NCBI GenBank assembly: GCA_002726235.1
Contig: PBSN01000012.1
Location: forward strand, 1 to 64,000
Source: Nitrospiraceae bacterium
GTDB lineage: Bacteria > Nitrospirota > Nitrospiria > Nitrospirales > UBA2166
DNA length: 64,000 nucleotides
Direction: 5' to 3'
Positions 38,032 to 47,492 of this stretch are shown here, in pieces. Under the pieces are notes generated by a model. That model was not told the DNA's origin and searched no databases. It saw nothing but the letters and a program-made list of their open reading frames with translations. The position numbers were made by a program, and so were the translations under genes. The number at the start of each line of letters is the position of its first letter. Position 1 is the first letter of the stretch.

Positions 38032-39057
38032 ACAGATATATTGAAAAAGACCACCAGGGGCGTTCTGGCCCCTGTCCACCTCACCTACTGTCTTGTTGTG
38101 CGCTCCGGGCGCCAACGCCTTGGTGGCTCTTTATTTGTTTATTTGAGAGACGCAGCGCAGTCAGAGCAGGGTGGGGTGGGTATGCGATCGGCGCGCTCTG
38201 TTTAGGTAAAGTCTGTGCAGGCATGCCAATCCCGTTGTTCCTTCTCGTTGGCTAGCTTGGATTGAGCTTCCCCCGACTTTTCGATTTGCCGTGAACGCTG
38301 GCTGTGTGTTTTTGTTTGTGATTCCCAGGTCCCCTCGGCCGGTGTTTGCAATTGCTCGGTCCGCTGTGGTCGTTTGTTTCGCGTTATATACCTTGCCGCC
38401 ACCAATTTGCAGCGGTTTGCGCTTCGGCTCGATTCCAAAATAATTTTCCGTTGAGACACGCGTCTTAGAATTTACCACTGAAGCTCTTGCTAAATCCGTT
38501 TTCCCGCAGGCGCCCATCCAGCGTAATGTAAGCTGGATAGACGTTTGTGTCGCGTAGCCATGTTGTGAGCTACTTTGCGACAAAGTCCAACCCATTGCGA
38601 TTTGGATGGCGCGGGATGAGAAGAGGCACTTCTCGATGAGGCGGTAGTTCACGCGGCTGTTGACGGGTGAGCCGAGGATCGACGCATAAAAACCGACGGC
38701 AGACTGGGCAACACTCTCCACTGGACGATGGACCAAATTGTCATGTCTTGCAACAATATTGTGGTGTCTTTGTCTCGTTATTAACGTAGCTTGATGTGGA
38801 TAATGCAGTTGCGCTTATTCGAACTTGCTGCGCTGGTGTTGGCAAAACGTGACGTCCTATGCCATCAAAGCTTTGAGATGTGCGTGGTGGTATGCTATTT
38901 GCTCCTTCAGTATGACTGCGGAGTGGGATAGCACGAGATCATTCAGGATGGTGGGTCTCATGCAAACTTGTGTTTTTGTGCTATCTGTTACATTATATGG
39001 TGTTTTTTGTCGGGGCCTCGGCGAAGGGTCCGAGGAGGGGGGATTTTGGTGATAAGC

Positions 39058-39426
39058 ATGGGGCGAGTAGCTGGATATATTTGGGGGCGAAGCCAACTGT
39101 TGCTCGTGTGGGGTGGCGTTTTTGTTTTTGTGATGGGTTGTATGCTCGGCGGGGTGGCGCACGTGGTTGCGGCTGAGTACGTGAACATAATTGAGAGTGA
39201 AGAGAATAGGATATCGCATTTGGCGTCTGGGCAGATGGGTGCGGCGAAGTACCCGGATGTGATTATGCTCGATGATATCGGGGCGGGTGCGGCGAAGTAC
39301 CCGGATNTGATTATGCTCGATGATATCGGGGCGGGTGCGGCGAAGTACCCGGATGTGATTATGCTCGATGATATCGGGGCGGGTGCGGCGAAGTACCCGG
39401 ATGTGATTATCCTCGACAATGGATGA
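39058..39426 (+). CDS. Small exported protein with four GAAKYPDVI(M/I)LD repeats
   Basis: Signal-peptide-like N-terminus ending VAA-EY; in-frame repeats end directly at the TGA; start may be 39046, 39049 or 39058. Confidence 0.65.
   Translation: MGRVAGYIWGRSQLLLVWGGVFVFVMGCMLGGVAHVVAAEYVNIIESEENRISHLASGQMGAAKYPDVIMLDDIGAGAAKYPDXIMLDDIGAGAAKYPDVIMLDDIGAGAAKYPDVIILDNG
39238..39423 (+). repeat. 48-nt tandem repeat, three full copies plus one partial
   Basis: GGTGCGGCGAAGTACCCGGATGTGATTATGCTCGATGATATCGGGGCG at 39238, 39286 and 39334; diverged partial copy at 39382. Confidence 0.97.
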
Positions 39427-39545
39427 TGGATCGTTGAATAGTATGCGACAGGGGAAGTCGTGGGTTGCTTGAATAACGGGGTAGTTCGTTTATCATCCAC
39501 GCGTTATTTATTAACATTAGGTCATATCGCAAAAGGGGGCAATGG

Positions 39546-40862
39546 ATGGAGACAATAGNCAAGTATGTCGGGTGGCGAAGCCCGATTATTCTCGGGTTAT
39601 GTGCTGTGCTTGTCATGGCCATGGTATTCGGGGGAGCGTTGCAGGCGTTTTCGTCGGAGTATCCGGACATGATTAGTCTTGGGAGTGATGGTTCCACGAC
39701 TGTTGTGGGGAACACACCGTCAAGCGGTGGAGGCCCACATAACAAGTGGTCTTCGGCGAGTGGGGACCAGTGGTTGAGCTTTGGGATGGGTCTTCGCAAC
39801 AGCTACACGGGTAGTGAGAACGGTAATCAGCGAGGAGACGACTTCGGTGGTGGGTTTGCGACGGATAATTTTCGTCTATATATGAATGGCCAAATCCATA
39901 AATACCTGAAGTTCGAGTTCAACACGGACACTCGTTTTAGCAAGGGTGATGATGCTCAAAGTGTTGGTAACAGTCTCGATATGTTTGTTCTTGACGCGAT
40001 TGCCAAAATTGAACTGAACGACTATGTCAATATATGGCTTGGACGCCAGCTCGTGCCATCGGACCGGGCAGAGTTGTCCGGACCGTTCTTTGCCAGTACC
40101 TATACGTTCAATAAAACCCCATTCTATCCGTCAGATTACAGCGGTGGAGATGAAGCCGGAAAATATGGCCGTGATGATGGTGTGAATTTATGGGGTGCCG
40201 CAGGTGGCGGGCGATTGCAGTACGTCGTTGGTGTCTTTGAGGGTGCAGAAGGCCCGTTTAATCAAACATCGTCTCCGCTCGTGGCGGGACGGGTTGCGTT
40301 TAACCTCTTAGATGTTGAGAAAAATCCTGGGTACTATACGAGCAGCACGTATTACGGAGAGGGTGGCGACATCTTGACCGTTGGTCTTGCGGGCCAGCAT
40401 CAGAAGGATGGCGTGTACCAGAGTTTTGCCGATGTCAACAGTGGGACGGACTTTACCGGTTATAGCGCTGACCTCTTGTTTGAAAAGAAGCTCGCTGATA
40501 ATAGTGTTGTGACCATCGAGGGAGAATTCAAGCGCTTTGATGTTGACTTAGATCTTACAAATCCGACGGGGGATTGCTTCTGTCTTTTTGATGGCGATTC
40601 GTTCTTAGCAAAAGGGTTGTATATGCTTCCGGAGAAGATCGGGGTAGGACAATTCCAGCCTTATCTCGTCTATACGGAAGTCCGCCCCGAAGGCTTTNAC
40701 GNGCAGAAAGAGATCGAAGGTGGTCTTAATTACGTAATTGATGGACACAAAGCAAAGATCTCAACGTGGTATTCATACGGAGATATTAATCGGTTTGAGT
40801 ACACAGTTGATACTGAAAAGCAATGGACTGTTGGGTTAGCCCTTCAGTTCCAGATTCTGTAA
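39546..40862 (+). CDS. Outer-membrane porin, short-chain amide/urea porin (FmdC-like)
   Basis: Signal peptide; RLYMNGQ, LDAIAKIE, WLGRQLVPSDRAELSGPF, GRDDG, PGYYTSSTYYG motifs; directly upstream of urtA. Confidence 0.75.
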   Translation: METIXKYVGWRSPIILGLCAVLVMAMVFGGALQAFSSEYPDMISLGSDGSTTVVGNTPSSGGGPHNKWSSASGDQWLSFGMGLRNSYTGSENGNQRGDDFGGGFATDNFRLYMNGQIHKYLKFEFNTDTRFSKGDDAQSVGNSLDMFVLDAIAKIELNDYVNIWLGRQLVPSDRAELSGPFFASTYTFNKTPFYPSDYSGGDEAGKYGRDDGVNLWGAAGGGRLQYVVGVFEGAEGPFNQTSSPLVAGRVAFNLLDVEKNPGYYTSSTYYGEGGDILTVGLAGQHQKDGVYQSFADVNSGTDFTGYSADLLFEKKLADNSVVTIEGEFKRFDVDLDLTNPTGDCFCLFDGDSFLAKGLYMLPEKIGVGQFQPYLVYTEVRPEGFXXQKEIEGGLNYVIDGHKAKISTWYSYGDINRFEYTVDTEKQWTVGLALQFQIL

Positions 40863-40890
40863 CTGTTGTAGGGATTTAAATACAAAAAAA

Positions 40891-40923
40891 CCGGCCCTCT
40901 CCGATGCACCGGAGGAAGGCCGG
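40891..40923. terminator. GC-rich stem-loop between porin and urtA
   Basis: CCGGCC-CT-CTCCG...CGGAG-GAA-GGCCGG preceded by an A7 tract (U-tract on the minus strand). Confidence 0.5.
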
Positions 40924-40992
40924 AACGTTGCAACTACCACAACACGGCGACCCTATCATGCAGGGCACGTCGAGTCAAGATAAGGGGAGGGG

Positions 40993-42312
40993 ATGGAAAT
41001 GCAGTCACGTATATCTACTTCGAGTATTGGTCGGAGTTTCGTTCTGAGTGTCATGGCAGTTGCTCTTGCACTGTCGGTGAGTGTGGGGAGCAGCCTCGTA
41101 AATCCGCAGATGGTCTTTGCTGCGGATCCGGTCAAGGTCGGGATTCTTCATTCGTTAAGTGGGACGATGGCCATCAGTGAGGTGTCTCTGCGCGATGTGG
41201 TGATGATGGCGATTGAGGAAATCAATGCCAAGGGAGGCGTTCTCGGACGAGAGATTGAGCCCGTGGTTGTTGATCCGGCATCCGATTGGGATCTGTTTGC
41301 TGAAAAAGCAAAACAGCTGTTGTTGCAGGATAAGGTCGACGCGGTGTTTGGGTGTTGGACGTCGGTGAGCCGTAAGTCAGTCTTGCCAGTGTTTGAACGA
41401 AACAATGGTTTGTTATTCTATCCAGTGCAATACGAAGGCGAAGAGTGTTCCAAGAACGTTTTTTATACGGCGGCCACGCCGAATCAGCAATTGATTCCGG
41501 CAGCCAAATACCTTCTGAGTGAAGAGGGCGGAGGGTACAAGAAGTTCTATCTGCTGGGGACGGACTATGTCTTTCCCAGAACGGCCAATAAAATTCTCCG
41601 CGCCTATTTGCTTCATGNAGGNGTNCCNGNGAAGAATATTATCGAAGAATANACNCCGTTCCATCANCAGGANTACCAAACCATCGTTGGNAANATCAAG
41701 AAATTTGCNCGCGGNGGTGATGCGGCNNTNTTGAGNACGATNAATGGGGACAGCAACGTTCCNTTNTATAAGGANTTNACCAATCAGGGNNTNACTGCCG
41801 ATGATGCTCCAATTATGGCATTTAGTGTTGCCGAGGACGAACTGCGTGGCATGGATGCCAAGGCACTCGCCGGACATCTTGCGGCGTGGAATTACTTCCA
41901 ATCAATTGATACGCCAGAGAACAATAAATGGGTGGCGAATTTTAAAGAATATGCGAGAACCCATGGTCTTCCTGGAGGTTCCAAGCGTGTGACGGATGAC
42001 CCAATGGAAGCGGCCTATTATGGGGTCTATCTCTGGGCGAATGCAGTTGAGAAGGCTGGCACTACGGATGTTGATGCCGTGCGTAAGGCTGTGTATGGGA
42101 CGGTATTTGATGCGCCTGGTGGGAAGAAGAAGGCCGATCCGGCCAATCATCACATGTACAAGGAAGTGTACATTGGCGAGATTCTCAAAAATGGACAGTT
42201 TCGTGTCGTGTGGAAATCCGACGGGTTGGTTCGAGCTGAACCATGGAGCAAATATACCAGTCCTGACAAGGGTTGCGATTGGGTTGACCACAGTGGGACG
42301 TACAAGAAGTAA
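40993..42312 (+). CDS. urtA: Urea ABC transporter substrate-binding protein
   Basis: [53 protein letters not shown] motifs; contains N calls. Confidence 0.95.
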   Translation: MEMQSRISTSSIGRSFVLSVMAVALALSVSVGSSLVNPQMVFAADPVKVGILHSLSGTMAISEVSLRDVVMMAIEEINAKGGVLGREIEPVVVDPASDWDLFAEKAKQLLLQDKVDAVFGCWTSVSRKSVLPVFERNNGLLFYPVQYEGEECSKNVFYTAATPNQQLIPAAKYLLSEEGGGYKKFYLLGTDYVFPRTANKILRAYLLHXXXXXKNIIEEXXPFHXQXYQTIVXXIKKFXRXGDAXXLXTXNGDSNVXXYKXXTNQXXTADDAPIMAFSVAEDELRGMDAKALAGHLAAWNYFQSIDTPENNKWVANFKEYARTHGLPGGSKRVTDDPMEAAYYGVYLWANAVEKAGTTDVDAVRKAVYGTVFDAPGGKKKADPANHHMYKEVYIGEILKNGQFRVVWKSDGLVRAEPWSKYTSPDKGCDWVDHSGTYKK

Positions 42313-42321
42313 AGCGTGAGG

Positions 42322-42356
42322 TACGCTTAGTCCGTATCTAGCGTAGGATAAGCGTA
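42322..42356 (+). other. Intercistronic stem-loop after urtA
   Basis: TACGCTTA-G-TCC...GGA-TAAGCGTA inverted repeat; position typical of mRNA-stabilising hairpins after SBP genes. Confidence 0.5.
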
Positions 42357-42364
42357 TCAGTAAG

Positions 42365-44176
42365 GTGTTGTATGCGACGCCTGGTTCTGAGTCAGAACTC
42401 GGAGCCAGGCGTTTTCTTTTGCTGCTGAGGGAACGGGTTGTGAGACATAGTAAACTGATTGGCTTGTGTGCCATGGTGATCGCGATTCTTCCTCTGGGCG
42501 CTTTTGCACAGAGCCCAGTATTTTCCGACCCCTCTCTTCCGACCCCTCCGATGATTCACCCTCACATATCCGCTCTCGCCGGTGGCGATCTAGCGATACA
42601 AAAGGAGGCAATTGTCGCGCTTGGGGAGACCGGTGATCCCAAGGTGCTCTTTTTTTTAGAGGAGTATCGTGTTGGCAGTTTGCACATTTGGATTCGACCA
42701 GATGGTCAACGGGTGCTAGTCATGGGAGGGGCCGAGACAACACAGGCTGGCGAGGATGTCATCCCACTGTTTGCACCGTACGGAATGATAGACATTCTTC
42801 ATGAGGATGGGAGTGCTTTTTACGTTTCACTTGATGACGTTGAAGTGGTGCGACCCAATCGACGTCTGCGTCGAGTCGTAAAACAGCAGATTGATTCACT
42901 TCGCAATCGGATTCATTTGACGGATCCAAGTTCCAATGTTCGCCGTTCGGCTGCGATGGATCTCGGATTACGGGGCAATCCTGACGCAATTCCTCTTCTC
43001 GAAGAACGACTATCGATTGAACAGAATAAATGGGCACTACTGGCGGTTGATACCGCGATCAATCTGATCAAGGTCGCAGATGAGGATCCTACTGTGCGCG
43101 TTGCTGCGGCCATCCGCCTTGGCGAGTTGCGGGGTGAAGATGCTGTACCGGCTTTGATGCAGATCATCGAGGGGTCCGAAGATGATGGGATCGAGCCGGA
43201 TACAGATGAGAATGTGCGCGTTGCAGCGGTGGCAGCCGTCAAACGCATCGACAACTGGGCATTTTATGCGCGCACGGCTCAGACGCTCTTCCGCGGGCTG
43301 AGTCTGAGCTCTATTCTTTTGCTGATGGCTCTCGGCTTAGCAATCGTTTTTGGCTTAATGGGTGTCATTAACATGGCCCACGGCGAACTTATGATGATTG
43401 GGGCCTATTCAACATTTGTCGTGCAGCACATCTTTCTTGCCTATTTTCCACAAAGTGCATTTGACTATTATTTTATCGCCGCGCTTCCGGTCGCATTTTT
43501 GGTTGCGGGTGTGTTTGGTTTGGCGATCGAGCGCGGAGTGATTCGATTTTTGTACAACCGTCCGCTGGAGACGTTGCTGGTAACGTGGGGCATTGGCCTC
43601 ATTCTTCAGCAGACGGTTCGGCAAACATTCGGCGCTGCGAACGTGGATGTTTCTTCTCCGTCTTGGTTGAGCGGGGGAGCTCAGCTCATGGTTGGGGTGT
43701 TCATTCCGTACAATCGTCTTTTCATTATTGGACTCACGATTGTTTGCGTTATCGCGACTTATCTGTTCCTTTTTCGGACCAATACGGGTCTCAAGATTCG
43801 AGCGGTCACACAGAATCGAGAGATGAGTGCATGCTTGGGGATTCGTACCGGACACATTGACGCATTGACCTTTGCCTTTGGGGCAGGGTTGGCTGGGTTG
43901 GCCGGGGCGGCGCTCAGTCAAGTTGGGAATGTCGGTCCAGATCTTGGACAAAACTATATTGTTGATTCTTTCATGGTCGTTGTGACCGGCGGTGTTGGGA
44001 AATTGAGTGGGACGGTTGCCGCTGCGTTGGGGATTGGAAGTTTGAACAAATTTCTTGAACCCCTGTTTGGTGCAGTGTACGGGAAAGTGTTCATTCTTGG
44101 CTTGGTGATATTGTTCTTGCAGTGGCGTCCCTCAGGGTTTTTCCCGGCCAAGGGACGAGGTCTTGAAACAACATGA
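42365..44176 (+). CDS. urtB: Urea ABC transporter permease with N-terminal HEAT repeats
   Basis: GVINMAHGE, RPLETLL, YIVDSFMVVV motifs; HEAT repeats (VRRSAA, VRVAAA); true start probably downstream (GTG ~42440 or ATG ~42473). Confidence 0.92.
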   Translation: MLYATPGSESELGARRFLLLLRERVVRHSKLIGLCAMVIAILPLGAFAQSPVFSDPSLPTPPMIHPHISALAGGDLAIQKEAIVALGETGDPKVLFFLEEYRVGSLHIWIRPDGQRVLVMGGAETTQAGEDVIPLFAPYGMIDILHEDGSAFYVSLDDVEVVRPNRRLRRVVKQQIDSLRNRIHLTDPSSNVRRSAAMDLGLRGNPDAIPLLEERLSIEQNKWALLAVDTAINLIKVADEDPTVRVAAAIRLGELRGEDAVPALMQIIEGSEDDGIEPDTDENVRVAAVAAVKRIDNWAFYARTAQTLFRGLSLSSILLLMALGLAIVFGLMGVINMAHGELMMIGAYSTFVVQHIFLAYFPQSAFDYYFIAALPVAFLVAGVFGLAIERGVIRFLYNRPLETLLVTWGIGLILQQTVRQTFGAANVDVSSPSWLSGGAQLMVGVFIPYNRLFIIGLTIVCVIATYLFLFRTNTGLKIRAVTQNREMSACLGIRTGHIDALTFAFGAGLAGLAGAALSQVGNVGPDLGQNYIVDSFMVVVTGGVGKLSGTVAAALGIGSLNKFLEPLFGAVYGKVFILGLVILFLQWRPSGFFPAKGRGLETT

Positions 44177-45342
44177 CAGGACTGAGGTCGTCTTACATGC
44201 TGGTGTCGCAGAAGGACAAGAGAGGTGAATGGCCGGTCTTTAGCATTGTCGCGTTCTGTCTTCTGGTTGTTGTGCCACTGCTCAATATGGTTCCAGGAGA
44301 AGAGTCGTTTTTTCATTTCAGTGACTTCTCTATCAATCTTCTCGGGAAATATTTGGCGTTTGCCATCTTGGCATTAGGCATTGATTTGATTTGGGGCTAT
44401 ACGGGAATTCTCAGCTTGGGGCATGGGGTATTTTTCGGTTTGGGAGCCTACTGCATGGGGATGCACCTTATGTTGCAGATTGGTGATCGAAGTGTCTACG
44501 GTTCGGCCTTACCGGATTTTATGGTCTGGAATCGCGTCACCGAGCTTCCCCTGTTTTGGAAGCCCTTTTCCAGTTTCCTGTTTACATCTGGGGCGGTGAT
44601 TTTTGTCCCCATGCTGGTGGCAGCGATATTTGGATTCTTTGCATTTCGGAGCCGTATTCGCGGGGTTTATTTTGCCATTATTACCCAGGCGTTTGCTCTC
44701 TCGATTTGGCTTCTTTTTAACCGCAATGAACTGAACCTTGGTGGAACCAATGGTCTCACGGATTTTAAAACCCTCCTCGGGTTTGAGCTTGGCGATCCAA
44801 ATACGGCGCGCGGACTGTATATCGTGACCGTCATTGCCCTCATTGGCGCCTATCTATTTTGCCGATGGCTCGTTCGTTCACGCTTGGGGAAAGTGCTCGT
44901 CGCCATTCGCGATCATGAAAATCGCTTGAGGTATTCTGGCTACTCTCCGGCTGCATTCAAACTGATGGTCTTTGTCATATCGGCAGGTCTTGCTGGCTTG
45001 GCGGGCGCACTCTATGTCCCGCAGGTTGGAATCATTACCCCCGCCCGGATGGGTGTTCTGACATCTATCGAAATGGTGTTGTGGGTCGCGGTTGGTGGTC
45101 GTGGTGCCCTCTATGGTGCGGTGATTGGTGCTGTAGGAGTCAACTGGGCGAGAAGTTATCTAACAACAAACTTTCCGGATGTATGGCTGTTTTTTCTCGG
45201 TGGGTTGTTTGTGGCTGTCGTCGTGCTGTTTCCCAATGGCATTGTGGGCCTTATTCAGCAGGCACAACATTGGATTGGGAAGATCTTCAAGAGTCGTTCC
45301 GCTGATGCCGTGGCGGAGCATAAGGAACGCGCGGCACCATGA
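44173..45342 (+). CDS. urtC: Urea ABC transporter permease
   Basis: DLIWGYTGILSLGHG, LPDFMVWN, GVYFAIITQA, GGTNGLTDF motifs. Confidence 0.94.
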   Translation: MTGLRSSYMLVSQKDKRGEWPVFSIVAFCLLVVVPLLNMVPGEESFFHFSDFSINLLGKYLAFAILALGIDLIWGYTGILSLGHGVFFGLGAYCMGMHLMLQIGDRSVYGSALPDFMVWNRVTELPLFWKPFSSFLFTSGAVIFVPMLVAAIFGFFAFRSRIRGVYFAIITQAFALSIWLLFNRNELNLGGTNGLTDFKTLLGFELGDPNTARGLYIVTVIALIGAYLFCRWLVRSRLGKVLVAIRDHENRLRYSGYSPAAFKLMVFVISAGLAGLAGALYVPQVGIITPARMGVLTSIEMVLWVAVGGRGALYGAVIGAVGVNWARSYLTTNFPDVWLFFLGGLFVAVVVLFPNGIVGLIQQAQHWIGKIFKSRSADAVAEHKERAAP

Positions 45343-46088
45343 CGGAGCATGGATCGATTATCTATGTTGAGGATCTGACCGTCAGTTTTGATGGGTTCAA
45401 GGCGCTTGATGCGCTGAATTTCTTTATGGACTATGGTGAACTTCGCTTGGTCATTGGGCCCAACGGGGCGGGCAAGACCACCCTACTTGATGTCATCTGT
45501 GGAAAGGTTAAACCGGCTAAAGGACGGGTTATCTTCGGGCGGGATTCAGACATCTCCACCTATCGAGAACATGAGATTGCGCAACTTGGGATTGGGCGAA
45601 AATTTCAAACGCCTTCAATTTATCTCCACCATACGGTTCGAGAGAATCTCGAGTTGTCTCTGCATCAAAACAAAAGCGCCTGGGCCATGCTGTTTCGGCG
45701 GTTGTCATCTGAAGATGGGGATCGTGTTGAGGAAATACTTGACATGATCGGGCTTGCCGAGAAGCCGTATCAGATTGCCGGGAGTCTTTCGCATGGTGAA
45801 AAGCAATGGCTTGAGATTGGAATGGTAATGGCTCAAGAGGCGCAGTTGCTTCTGATTGATGAACCGGTTGCGGGTATGACGGAGGACGAAACGGAGAAGA
45901 CGGGTAGGCTGTTGCAGGCTATTGCCAAAGAGCGATCGGTGTTGGTCATTGAGCACGATATGCAATTTGTTCGTCAGATTGCCAACAAGGTGTCTGTGCT
46001 TCACGAAGGGCGACTTCTATGTGAAGGGCCAGTTGATGAAGTGCAGAATAACGAACAGGTTATGGAGATCTACCTTGGGCGTGGGTGA
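45339..46088 (+). CDS. urtD: Urea ABC transporter ATP-binding protein
   Basis: VSFDGFKAL, GPNGAGKTT, GIGRKFQTP, LSHGEKQWLEIGM. Confidence 0.94.
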   Translation: MTEHGSIIYVEDLTVSFDGFKALDALNFFMDYGELRLVIGPNGAGKTTLLDVICGKVKPAKGRVIFGRDSDISTYREHEIAQLGIGRKFQTPSIYLHHTVRENLELSLHQNKSAWAMLFRRLSSEDGDRVEEILDMIGLAEKPYQIAGSLSHGEKQWLEIGMVMAQEAQLLLIDEPVAGMTEDETEKTGRLLQAIAKERSVLVIEHDMQFVRQIANKVSVLHEGRLLCEGPVDEVQNNEQVMEIYLGRG

Positions 46089-46794
46089 ACAACCTATTCT
46101 TGTTCTGGATAATCTCAGTGTATCGTATGGAGAAAGCCGTATCCTGCGGGATGTGAGCTTGACGGTTCCTTCTGGCCAAATTGCCTGTCTGCTTGGGCGA
46201 AATGGAGTGGGAAAGACCACAACACTGAAAAGTATCGTAGGGTTGTTGCGACCGACGGAGGGATCAGTGAACTTTGATGGTGCCAATGTGAATCGTTGGG
46301 TACCTGAAAAGCGCACGAAGCGTGGAATTGGGTATGTGCCGCAGGGGCGAGATATCTTTTCAATGCTTACGGTGGAAGAGAACCTTATGATCGGGCTTCA
46401 GGCGCGTCCACGTGGAAAAGGAAACGAAATTCCACGTGAGATTTACGATCTGTTCCCAGTATTGCAAAGTATGCTTGGACGTGCGGGTGGTGACCTGAGT
46501 GGTGGCCAGCAGCAACAATTGGCGATTGCGAGGGCATTGGTGGGTGACCCGCGATTGCTCCTCTTGGATGAACCGACAGAAGGTATTCAGCCGTCGGTGA
46601 TTCAGGAGATTGAACAGACGATCATGCGGCTCAAGCAACAAGGGACGGTGTCAATTCTCCTGGTCGAACAATATTTGGAGTTTGCTTGGCGTTTGGCTGA
46701 TCTGTACTATGTGATGGAAAAGGGCGCCATTGTCTCGCAAGGTTTGACCAAAGACTTGGATGAAGCCACAGTGAAGAAGCATTTGACGGTTTGA
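46081..46794 (+). CDS. urtE: Urea ABC transporter ATP-binding protein
   Basis: Start reassigned to GTG 46081; GRNGVGKTT, YVPQGR, LSGGQQQQLAIARAL, DEPTEGIQPS. Confidence 0.94.
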   Translation: MGEQPILVLDNLSVSYGESRILRDVSLTVPSGQIACLLGRNGVGKTTTLKSIVGLLRPTEGSVNFDGANVNRWVPEKRTKRGIGYVPQGRDIFSMLTVEENLMIGLQARPRGKGNEIPREIYDLFPVLQSMLGRAGGDLSGGQQQQLAIARALVGDPRLLLLDEPTEGIQPSVIQEIEQTIMRLKQQGTVSILLVEQYLEFAWRLADLYYVMEKGAIVSQGLTKDLDEATVKKHLTV

Positions 46795-46800
46795 CCTGCC

Positions 46801-47103
46801 ATGCACGTATCCCCTCGAGAGCAAGAAAAACTCATGATATTCACTGCTGCTGAGGTGGCGCGTAGAAGGAAAGAACGTGGTTTGAAACTCAATTACCCTG
46901 AGGCCGTGGCTCTCATTACTGCGGAAATTCTTGAAGGAATTCGAGATGGGAAGACTGTTTCTGAACTCATGACATTTGGTGCAACCATACTCATGCGTGA
47001 TGATGTGATGGAGGGAGTGCCAGAGATGATTCACGACGTGCAGGTGGAGGGGACATTTCCAGACGGTACCAAACTTGTGACTGTGCATGATCCCATTCGG
47101 TAG
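46801..47103 (+). CDS. ureA: Urease subunit gamma
   Basis: [32 protein letters not shown]. Confidence 0.97.
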   Translation: MHVSPREQEKLMIFTAAEVARRRKERGLKLNYPEAVALITAEILEGIRDGKTVSELMTFGATILMRDDVMEGVPEMIHDVQVEGTFPDGTKLVTVHDPIR

Positions 47104-47108
47104 CCTTT

Positions 47109-47462
47109 ATGATGATACCGGGAGCAATCCAATACTCAGATCAATCGATCATGGCAAACGAGGGGCGGGAGTGTGTCGAATTAGTCGTCTCCAATACGGG
47201 GGATCGCCCCATTCAAGTAGGCTCACATTGTCACTTCTTCGAGGCCAATCGTGCGTTGTCATTTGAGCGCGAACGCGCTTTTGGGATGCGGCTTAATATC
47301 CTCTCTGGTACCGCGGTTCGTTTTGAGCCTGGTGAAGAGAAAACCGTTATCCTGACTGTACTCGGCGGCGCTAGGGTTGTGTATGGGATCAACAATCTTA
47401 CCTGTGGGAAGCTTGATGATGCCGATGTTAAGAAAACAGCGTTGGTACGCGTTCTAAGGTAG
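47109..47462 (+). CDS. ureB: Urease subunit beta
   Basis: MIPG, NTGDRPIQVGSHCHFFEAN, GTAVRFEPG. Confidence 0.97.
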   Translation: MMIPGAIQYSDQSIMANEGRECVELVVSNTGDRPIQVGSHCHFFEANRALSFERERAFGMRLNILSGTAVRFEPGEEKTVILTVLGGARVVYGINNLTCGKLDDADVKKTALVRVLR

Positions 47463-47492
47463 AAGGAAACACATAAGGACTATCATGACACC

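Noticed and set aside
38161..38736. 191-aa minus-strand ORF
   Set aside because: No motifs, atypical composition and no clear RBS; not called without homology evidence
39238..39423. 48-nt repeats as a CRISPR array
   Set aside because: Units are head-to-tail with no unique spacers, the length is a multiple of 3 within an ORF, and no cas genes are present
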